A stretch of 63,251 nt of DNA, counting the filler, from Thraustochytrium aureum (Eukaryota): assembly GCA_012862495.1 (NCBI GenBank). It is 5 parts of 4 records of this genome, joined end to end, with 100 filler letters (N's around TTAATTAATTAA, not from the genome) between each part and the next. Parts side by side here need not be neighbours in the genome. Positions count along the whole stretch, not along the records: positions 52,519 to 61,626 come from BLSG01000082.1; positions 61,727 to 63,251 come from BLSG01000086.1; 3 more parts are not named here. One strand, given 5' to 3'. Shown piece after piece: positions 54,581 through 63,251 of the stretch. Within the stretch, counting starts at the first letter, position 1. Each line of letters opens with the position of its first letter. The position numbers and the translations under genes are program-made. The notes beneath the pieces are model-generated. The model searched no databases and had not been told where the DNA came from. It saw nothing but the letters and a program-made list of their open reading frames with translations.

Positions 54581-57500
54581 CTAAGAGGGAAGGGCAGCGG
54601 GTCCGCGGCCTTGGCGGCGTTGGTCCGTGTACATCGGGTTGGAGCACTCGAGAAACTCCTCCTCTTGGCCCTCACCCGCCCCGCCGAGGCTCTTCGAAAA
54701 GCAGATCAAGTCGACACCTGGCCTTGCGAAGCTGTCCTCCTCAAAGCCAAGCGCGCGGTGGAACTCGACGGGGACGGCGTACCCGCGCGGAATCATAACG
54801 CGTACGAACTGGCACTCCCTGCCTCGCGCAAGCGCAAAAACTTGCCGTACAGACGGCGGCCGATGCCCTGGCGCCGCGCCTGCGGCAACACTGCGCAGGC
54901 CGCAACGAGCCCGATCGAGCATGGGCGCGGGCCGCCGTTCTGCAGCTTGCCACAGAGATAGCCGTCGATTTCGCCGTCCGAGTTGCGCGACACAATCGCA
55001 AACTCGCAGGTGTCGTCCCAGAGTTTGCGCGTGTGCTCCGGGATCCAGTGCGGGGTCGCGTTCGGGTCTGGCTTGCCCTGCGNNNNNNNNNNNNNNNNNN
55101 NNNNNNNNNNNNNNNNNNNNNNNNNNNNNNNNNNNNNNNNNNNNNNNNNNNNNNNNNNNNNNNNNNNNNNNNNNNNNNNNNNNNNNNNNNNNNNNNNNNN
55201 NNNNNNNNNNNNNNNNNNNNNNNNNNNNNNNNNNNNNNNNNNNNNNNNNNNNNNNNNNNNNNNNNNNNNNNNNNNNNNNNNNNNNNNNNNNNNNNNNNNN
55301 NNNNNNNAGGCTTACGCCGAAGTGGACGCGGTTGACAGACTTGCGCCGCTTGGAAAAGACCGACTTGAGGATTCCCTTCTTCGCGTGCGACCCCGACGAC
55401 TCGTTGCTGGCCACCGTGGACACGGAGGGGCGCGCGGAGATGGAGGGGCGGAAATGATTGGCGTGGCCAGCGGCGTGCCCGCTTCCATTCGAGCCGTAGC
55501 GGCCGCGCGAGTTCGCTGGCTCTCTCAAGTCTGAACCCGGGGCGGTCGAGGCGCTGGCCGTTCTTTGGCTGGGGCCCGGCTCGTGGGCGTGGCTGGTGTC
55601 GGCCTCGCCGTGTTTGCCTTGCAGCTCGTCGATCTTGTACTGGACGCGATAAATCCACTGCATGCGCAACTCATCGCTGAAGGTCGCAAAGGTGAATTCG
55701 CGAGGGTCGGCTCGCGAGCGGCCCTTTTTCTCCCAGGCCGTCGTGTAGATGGTGAAGCAGAACAACGTGTCGGAGACCTGGTGCACGCTCTCGATAGAGA
55801 GAGTCCCCGCCGGCTCTTTGCGGATCTGGGACTTGCTGTTTAGCTTGACCACTTCCAAGCGCTTCTCGTTGCCCTCCTCGTACGTCTGGACGATCTCGCT
55901 CGCCCTGATGTCTAGCGTGCACCAGCGCGGTTTCCAGGGCTTTTGCGGGTTGCGCGAGTTTTCCTTCTTTACGAATAGATGACCCGAGTGGTTGAGCATG
56001 AGCGCCTCCCCGGCCCGGCTCAGGTACTCGTTCATCGTCTCCGCGTCTTGCTTGGCAATCTCCTCGTTCTTGCGCTTGTTGAGCTTGAGCTTTTGCTTGT
56101 TGGTCATCCGCTTGCGAAGCACCTCCACCATCCACCCGCTCTCAAAGGTATACTCTACTCTGTCCGCAGGGCGCTTGCGCAACTCGCTGCCGTGGGACTT
56201 GCACTTGATAATAAAGTTGGACTTGACCAGCTCGTCGAAATCGGTGTCCACGCTCTCGGTGGGAATTGCGAGCGGGAAAATGGCCTTGATCGTGCGCAGG
56301 GTGAACACCTCGCCGATGATGGCAGCCACCTTGATGATGAGCTGCTGGGTAAGCGACATTTTGTCGATGATGGAGCCCACCATGCTCTCCATGGAAAGCG
56401 GAATGGGCAGGTCGTGCCGTTTTCGGCGTTCCTCAAACTCGTTCGAGGGGAAGAAGAGCTCCGGCCCGGGCGAAGTGCGCTTGGCGATCAAGCCCGCGTC
56501 CAGAAACGTCCGAACGGCGTCCGAGACGTAGAGGGGGTTGCCCTTTGTCTTGCGCCGCAGGAAGGCGACGAGCTCGTCGGGGACGCGGTCGACGTTTGCA
56601 AAATTGCAAATGATATCCTTCGTGTCGGCTGTCGACGGGTGGAGCTCAAGGTAGGTGACGACTGAGCTCGCCTTCATCGCCTCGTGCACCAGAATGCTGG
56701 TCTCGACATCGTCGAACTGCGAGACGCCGCCCTTGAGCTGCGACTTGAGAAGCGAGGTGGACTTGTGCGCGGGGCGGAAGACCGAGACGCGGTTGCTTCC
56801 CCCGCTCGCAGCCCCTCCCACGTTGTCGATGACGCGGCGCTCGATGCGGATCAGGCGGTGGAGGAGAATGATGAGAATGCTAGACCTGGTCCAGTTCTCG
56901 GCGAGCTCCTGGAACACGAGCCAGGAGAAGGTGTCCATGTAGTGGCTCTCGTCCACGACGAGCACGACNNNNNNNNNNNNNNNNNNNNNNNNNNNNNNNN
57001 NNNNNNNNNNNNNNNNNNNNNNNNNNNNNNNNNNNNNNNNNNNNNNNNNNNNNNNNNNNNNNNNNNNNNNNNNNNNNNNNNNNNNNNNNNNNNNNNNNNN
57101 NNNNNNNNNNNNNNNNNNNNNNNNNNNNNNNNNNNNNNNNNNNNNNNNNNNNNNNNNNNNNNNNNNNNNNNNNNNNNNNNNNNNNNNNNNNNNNCCCTCG
57201 GCATACCATCAAACAGGTTCTCGCTGCTTACTCCGAACATGGAGGTCAGGTTCTTCACGCGGCTCACTTTGCTGCCCGCAGCAGGGGTCTGGCCGAGGCT
57301 CGTCGCAGGGGTCGCAGACCGCAAACCGTCTGCGGAGGCGCCCACCACATTCTTCGACTTTGCGATCTTGCGTGTCTTCTTCGTGGCCTTTTTGGCGACG
57401 TCCGGGCCTGGGGGCTGCGGCGGGGCGGCGTCGGCCCCGCCGAGGCCGTCGCTCGGCTCTTCGAACTGCGTCATCAGGATCTTGTTGAGCTTGTAGAGGT

Positions 57501-60111
57501 CGTCAACGGAGAGGTTTCTGTCTGCCCGCGCCCCGTGCGCGCTCGCTGCGGCGAGGGGTGCGGCGGCGGCGACGGCCTCGCGCAGCTGCTCCTCTTTCGA
57601 AGCGCTTGACTCGGGCGTCGATCCCTGGGTTTCCAGGTCGGATTCTGGCGAGATGCTGAGAAGGGAATTGATCGGGTGCTCCCAGATCGCAAAGGGGCGC
57701 GCGTTGCGCCCAGTCTCGAAGGGGTTTCCCCGCCCGTAGCCAAGGAGCACCTCTTCGTCGAGGCTCTCGGTCTCGCTGAGCAGAAAGGACTCGACGAGGC
57801 GCGACTTGCCTACGCCGTGGTCGCCGTCCAAGAGGACGGTTTTGCCCCCCTTCCCTGACGCGACCTCGTCATACGCTCGAGCCAGGCAGTCGCGCACGTA
57901 CGCAGCCGAGCGGAGCTCTTGGTCGGCTTGGTCGGCGGCGTCAGGCGCGTAGCCTCGCGGTGTGCTGTACTGCACGAGAAGCAGGTTTATCCGGCCGAGG
58001 CTCCAATCGTGCGCGATCGTGTTGAGGAGCTGCGAGGGCCGGAGAGTGACGCGCTCCGCGCCGCGCATCCACACGAGCTCGAAGAGGGAGTAGTCCTCTC
58101 CGGCCTCTTTGGTGACCAAGCCCTTGCTGACGGCCTTGGCGAGGACGACTTTGAGCATGTCGTGCACTTCCTGACTGACTCCTCGAGAGACGCGGTGACG
58201 CTGGTCTTTTGCTCGTCGACAGAGGGCCCGTGGCGGCCGCTCTGCGTCACCGCGCGAGGAAAGAAGGTGAAGACCACCAGTTTGCTGGCCTCCCGCGAGG
58301 CAGACCTCCGCGAGGCCGACTTGCGCGAGGCCGACTTGCGCGATCCGTTGGCGAGGAAGCTGGACGTGGCGGCTACAAGCTTGAGATCGTGGCTTTCCGC
58401 CACAGCCGCGCCGCTGCTCTCGCTGCTCGTGCTCGCCACCGGGGTGCGCCCCCGTCGAGCATCAGCGCGGCGGCCCAAGAAGCCGACGCTGTTCATCGCC
58501 TGGACCTGGCGCTCCTCAATGCGCTTCATGTCGTTGGGGTTGGAGACGACAAGCTTTGTGCCGCGGCGGCGCGTCTTCTGGCGGTACTTTGGCGACTGCG
58601 AGTTGAGAATCCGGCCGTTCTTCTTGGAGATGCTCGTCAAGTGCGACTGGTGCATGCTGTGTGGGTCGGAGCTGGTGCCTATTGCCGCGATTTGGTAGCA
58701 CTGCACGGGCTCGCGCTTGCCCTTGACGGCGATTGTGATGGGAATGAACTCGAACACGGTGTTTTCCGCGCCGGTCTTGGTGGAGCGGTCCATGAGGAAA
58801 TTGGACGACAGTGTCTTCGCGGTGCCCATGAGGCGCGCGGCGAGGTTGACGGTGTCCCCAATGACAGAGTACTCGCGGCGGTTGCCCGCGGCGTGGCCGA
58901 TGATCCCGCAGAAGGCGAGGCCCGTCGAGATGCCTACCGAGCCTTTCAGCCGGTACTTGCCAAGCATCCAGAGGATCTTGAGCGCTGAGAGGATGCCGCG
59001 CAGCGGGTCGTCCTCGTGCGCGATGGGTGGGAGCCCGAAGACGGCGATCAGGGTCGAGCCCTTGCGTCGAGAGGCACTTGTTGATCGTGCCCTCGTAGCC
59101 CAGGAGGATGCCCTGGATCTCGTAGAACACCTGCTCTAACTTTTGCGAGTTTTGGCCCGTGCCGAGCTCCTCCGCGTCGAGGCCAAGGTCGACGAAGAGG
59201 GTCGACACGATACGCAGCTCGGGGGCCCAAAACTCGTCGTTGGTCTGCACAAGGTACGGCATGACCGCGTTGGGGACGTACTTCCAGAGCTTGCGCTCCG
59301 TTTCGTTGTTGCTGGGCACGGTGCGGTCGAAGGTCCGCCATGGCACGCGGTCCGAGGCCTTGAAGGACCTCACCGTGACCGTCTTGGCGTTAGATTTGAC
59401 CGGAGCGAAGGGAACAAAGTGCTCGCCGACCATGTCCCAGATTGCGCGGCTCACGACCACCTCGCCCTTTTTGGCCATTTTTTCGCTTTCGATGGCCTCC
59501 ATGAGCGCGGGCCCAAGCGCGACGTACTCGAACCTCTCGCGCTGGATTTGGTCTGCGTTGCCCCCGAGGTACATGATGTGGAGCAGGCCAATGCCAAGTC
59601 CTAGTTTGGCCTCCAGCTCGCCCGAAGCGATCCCGCCAGATTCCTTCTTGGGGTTTGACGGAACAGTGACGATGTCCTCGTACTCGCTGTCCTTGGCGTA
59701 GACGGAAAATTTGAAGCCTTTGAGCTGCTCCTGGATGTCTACCGCGCACTGCACTGCGCGCTGCACGCGCAGCTCGTAGTCGCGCGGGTCGTTCGGGTCT
59801 ACCTCGGGCCACAGCGCGAGCATGGCGTCGCCGGCGAACTTGAGCACGTCTCCGCCGGCCCGCGTCGTCAGCTTGACCAGCTGGGTCACGAACTTGTTCA
59901 AGTTGGTTGAGAGGTCCTCTAGCCCGTTGGGGCCCAGCTCGCAGAGCGTCTCTGTCAAGCTAGTAAACCCTGCCACGTCTGCGAACAGGCACACGGTCTG
60001 CAAGGTGCTTGCATCCGGCTTGGAGGTCCCGTTCGGCTGTCGTTTGCTCTCTGCGACGGCCTTGGCCACCACGGCCGGCAAGTACAGCTGGAGGCTCTGA
60101 AAGTCTCTCAT
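54581..60111 (-). CDS. Soluble adenylyl cyclase (ADCY10/sAC-type, two class III cyclase domains) + RA-like + STAND P-loop ATPase + PH + probable C-terminal GNAT; several frameshifts and two gaps
   Basis: C1: FADVAGFT, VLKFAGDA. C2: FVDL, GTINK..(V)DDKG..FGLPP.AHEDDP.R, GISTG.AFCG, RREYSVIGDTVNLAARLM. Walker A GDHGVGKS, Walker B VVDESHYMD, GNPLY. PH: GHLFVK..WKPRW..F.F...ELRMQWI. Frameshifts near 59065, 58175 and 54838. Confidence 0.88.
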
Positions 60112-60442
60112 CGCTCACAGCGGCAGGGCGGCGTCCACGCCGTCGTATCGCCACTCGCAGCGCGCACGGCCCGCGCGGTGGAGGTCGCGCCGCAGTGCAC
60201 GGACCGCCCCGCAGGCGAGCCAGCCGAAGGGCCGGCCAGTCAGCGCGCAAGCCCGCAATCACGCAAGCAAGCAGGGCGCGATCGAGAGCTCAACGTGCCC
60301 GCCCGCGCGCCCGCCCGCCCGCCTGCCAGCCCGTGCCAGCCGCTGCTCGGGTCTGCCCGCTTCCAGCGCGAGCCCGCGAAGCTCGCAAATGCAGCCCTGC
60401 TCCTTCTGGTCGCCCGCGAAAGCAGGCCCAAACGCCACTTCA

Positions 60443-60536
60443 AATCGCGCAATAATCGCGCAATAATCGCCCATAATCGCCCATAATCGCTCAATAATCG
60501 TCCAATAATCGACCGATAATCGACCAATAATCGACC
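60443..60536. repeat. Nine-copy 10-11 bp tandem array (CAATAATCGNN) upstream of the cyclase gene
   Basis: AATCG starts at 60443, 60454, 60465, 60475, 60485, 60496, 60507, 60518 and 60529. Confidence 0.92.
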
Positions 60537-61070
60537 GCGACGTCCCTCTGAGTGCCCGGCCGCCCTCCAGTATGGATTGTGAGGAGAACCACCTCCCCCT
60601 CCTGCAAAGCGCGTGCCTTTGCGCGCCGTGCACAACTGCGAAGAGAGGCAAAAACGCGGCGCGCTCTCGCACTCGCGCCCTCGCGCTGTCCCCTCACACC
60701 CTCTCCCTCTCCCAGTTCGTTCCCCTCCCTATGTCCAGCGTCAAGTTCTCGCCTTCGAGTTCTCCCTCTCTTGAAAGCGTGTGTGTGAGTGCGTGAGCGC
60801 CTGCCTCTTTTCCAGTTCAGAAAGGCTTTCTTCGTTTCCTTCCTGCCTCCTCAATTCGAGTGGCCGCCGCCATTTTGTGGCGTGAGGAGCTGACCGAGTG
60901 GAGGACTGCGGGCGCTCAGCGCGGGACCAAGCGGTGTCTGCTGCCGCGGAGAATGCGCCGCACATGCGCGAAGGGGCTATCCAGCGGCAGCGCAGCCCGG
61001 CGAAACAGGCTCCAGTTCGCGCCTCTGGGGCGCCGCGCATGTTGCGCCGGCGCGGCTCGCGAGCCCGTGA

Positions 61071-61108
61071 CGGACGGACGGATGGACGGACGGACGGACG
61101 GACGGACG
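61071..61108. repeat. (GGAC)n tetranucleotide microsatellite; related (GGCA)/(GGCT)/(GCCT)n runs at ~1251-1279, 23486-23510, 25836-25855, 26392-26416
   Basis: Directly visible tetranucleotide runs in intergenic DNA. Confidence 0.9.
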
Positions 61109-61670
61109 CCAGCCCGATCGCGCGTGCCGGAGAAGCCGATGCCGCGCGTGAGGGCCGCCAGCCTGCGACGAGGCGCCTTGCGCTTGTGCCCGTGCAAGTT
61201 GCCGCTTGCACGGGTACGCCGTCCACCGGCACGAACACATTTGGATGATTGCTTGGAGCGATCTTGATCAAGAGCGACACGTTCAGCGCGCGGGCGCTGA
61301 CTGGTCGAGTCTGAGGGAGTCGCTGCCAGTGGGCGACGCTTCCTCCTGCAACTTGCTCGTTCAGGTGAAAGAGGCGGAGCGAGCTCCTCGCTGGCTGGCG
61401 CATCGGAAATAGGCATCGGCTGTCCCAACTCGACGCTCTGCAGTGCGAGCTGATCGCCTGGCAAAACTGCGACTGCCCCGACAAACAAGTCAGCACAGCT
61501 CCGGCCACACGCCTGCCCCACCATCACCCACCTGCAGAGCAGGCACGCGGGCAAGGAACGCGCTAGCAGTCCCCGAACGCAAGCGCGAGCGCAAGGCAAC
61601 GAGTCACCGAGCTCAAGGAAAGCTGCNNNNNNNNNNNNNNNNNNNNNNNNNNNNNNNNNNNNNNNNNNNN

Positions 61671-61682
61671 TTAATTAATTAA
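61671..61682. other. Artificial scaffold linker TTAATTAATTAA
   Basis: Same 12-mer between N runs. Confidence 0.97.
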
Positions 61683-61727
61683 NNNNNNNNNNNNNNNNNN
61701 NNNNNNNNNNNNNNNNNNNNNNNNNNT

Positions 61728-62648
61728 GTTGACACTGAGCGCGAGGCTCATCGGGCCGCACGCAAGGCCCATTTGGACAGGGTCCTTCCCTGGCCAACTG
61801 CGCAAGGCATTCGGTATAGTGCAGTGGACGGAGACATCTGGAGCAGGCCCTTTGAGGACAGCAAGTACCAGTGGCTTCCCACGGATGTCCAGGTCGCGAG
61901 CGATGGCTGGCGCTGCGAATGGCTCGGGTACCTGAACAACCTGGACGATCGTCGGCTCGAAAGCGCTCTCCGCGACCTGCTCGCCGCGGCGCTTCCGGCG
62001 GTTGACGTTGTATATCGCGCGGCCGTGGAGCGCGAAAACATGCACGTCAACGTCACCTCGCTGCGCGGCGCGCGGCTGCAAGTGTACCCCAAAGTGGTGG
62101 ACTACGAGCTCGCGCCTGGGCAAACCTACGAGGGCGTGTGGCACGTGGAGGGCATGAGCCACGAGAGCATCTTCGCGACCGTCCTCTTTATCGCAGACCG
62201 CGACGAGACCATCGAGGGCGGCGACATCCTCTTCAAGCGCAGCATGACGACTCGCGAGAAATATCACTGGGCAGAAGACGTGTTGGAGAACTACATGGAG
62301 CAACTGCCCAATCCCACCAGCGTTTGGTTCAACAACGCAGTCCAGCCGCTCGGCTGCGTGGGCACGCCCGCGGGGCGCCTGGTCGTGTTCCCCAACTCGC
62401 ACATCCACAAAGTCACCAAGATGGTCAACACGAGCGCCACAGAAGCCGCGCTCCGGCGCATCTTTGTTTTCTTCTTGGTTGACCCGAACGAGCGGGTGCT
62501 GTCGACGAGCGACGTTCCGCGTCAGCAGGGCGTGATGCCGCTCGAAAAGGCCAAGGAACACCGCTTGGCGCTCATGGCGGAGCGCAAACTGCACAAGGAC
62601 AACTTCAACGAGGGTCTCGAGCGCCAGCTCAGCCTCTGTGAGCACTAA
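61728..62648 (+). CDS. DUF4246-like putative Fe(II)/2-oxoglutarate dioxygenase-fold protein; 5' truncated
   Basis: SKYQWLPTDV, YLNNL, LQVYPKVVDYEL.P, WHVEGM..E.I.AT, T..GRLVVFPN..IHKV, RRIFVFFLVDP..RVLST..VP.QQ, A.EHR..LM.ER match the recalled DUF4246 pattern. Confidence 0.8.
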   Translation, partial: VDTEREAHRAARKAHLDRVLPWPTAQGIRYSAVDGDIWSRPFEDSKYQWLPTDVQVASDGWRCEWLGYLNNLDDRRLESALRDLLAAALPAVDVVYRAAVERENMHVNVTSLRGARLQVYPKVVDYELAPGQTYEGVWHVEGMSHESIFATVLFIADRDETIEGGDILFKRSMTTREKYHWAEDVLENYMEQLPNPTSVWFNNAVQPLGCVGTPAGRLVVFPNSHIHKVTKMVNTSATEAALRRIFVFFLVDPNERVLSTSDVPRQQGVMPLEKAKEHRLALMAERKLHKDNFNEGLERQLSLCEH

Positions 62649-63251
62649 TAGAGGTGAGAAGCGTCGAAGAGGCGCGGCTCAGCTGCCCGTCGCCTTCTCG
62701 TCGCCATTTCAACCGACCTCACAAGTGGCGCCAACATCCCATCGAGATTTCTTCCCCATCGAGATTGCTTCCCAGCCCTCGCCAGGCGTTGCTCTCTTGG
62801 TCCTCTTCAGCACGCTGCTTGTACGTCATTGCGCGGACGACCTTGCAGCAGACAACGGTGGAAGGTCCGCGCGACTAGTCGTTCTGGGCGAGGTGGAACA
62901 CGAGGCGGCGGCCTTCGAACGCACCAGCCGCTAGCGCCTCGGCGAGACTCGCGCGGCCTTGCTCGACTTGGACCGCGAAAGGCTCCTCGTCGTACCTACT
63001 CGGTTCCGCCAGCCTTAATCCCGCCCGCGCGGTCCTCGTCGAGCACAAAGTCGCTCAATGATAGGTGGTAGGCCTACACGACTGGATACTTCACAGCTGC
63101 CTTGGTCAACCGACTGCGCATCGACTTGTACTCGTTCGTCGTTGGCTGCGCCGCCATTTCCACCCTTGCCGCAGCCACGGTGTACCCCAGCCGGGCTGCC
63201 TCGTGCTCGTTGCTCTGCCGCGTTCGTTCGGTGCCTGCTGCTGACCGGACG

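Noticed and set aside
7040..59080. Many frameshifted genes suggesting programmed frameshifting, RNA editing or mass pseudogenisation
   Set aside because: Most shifts fall at homopolymer runs (A5 24383, G5 ~36368, G7 43686, T3 ~50904, A5 54836), go in both directions and share no slippery motif, while catalytic motifs stay intact. This is typical sequencing error.
21401..61726. Recurrent TTAATTAATTAA motif as a biological repeat, and gene neighbourhoods spanning it
   Set aside because: It is always embedded in N runs and encodes stops in all frames, so it is an assembly linker. Adjacency across it carries no biological meaning.

Overview
This is eukaryotic, GC-rich, gene-dense and intron-poor draft genomic DNA. 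The gene content is consistent with a labyrinthulomycete/thraustochytrid-like stramenopile, which is an inference. The window is not one locus. It is five scaffold pieces (1-21400, 21501-37116, 37217-52418, 52519-61626, 61727-63251) joined by artificial N-TTAATTAATTAA-N linkers, with many N gaps and single-base frameshifts typical of pyrosequencing. Recognisable genes: eIF3a, a MORN-repeat protein, SYF1/XAB2, EB1 (one clear intron), a Yar1-like ankyrin + family-16 methyltransferase, a degenerate HDAC-fold protein, a tyrosine phosphatase, an inositol 5-phosphatase with a C2 domain, a TIR protein, two myosins, a BTB-ankyrin-FYVE protein, a tandem GT77 glycosyltransferase, a soluble adenylyl cyclase-STAND protein and a DUF4246-like oxygenase. 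The best candidates for novelty are: (1) a putative transcription factor joining a Cys/His-knuckle DNA-binding-like domain to a C-terminal FABP-like lipid-binding barrel; (2) a soluble cyclase carrying RA, STAND-ATPase, PH and apparently GNAT domains, some hidden by frameshifts; (3) a stand-alone AF4/FMR2 C-terminal-homology-like protein; (4) recurrent 10-11 bp periodic micro-arrays in intergenic DNA. All domain calls come from motif recognition by eye; no searches were run.
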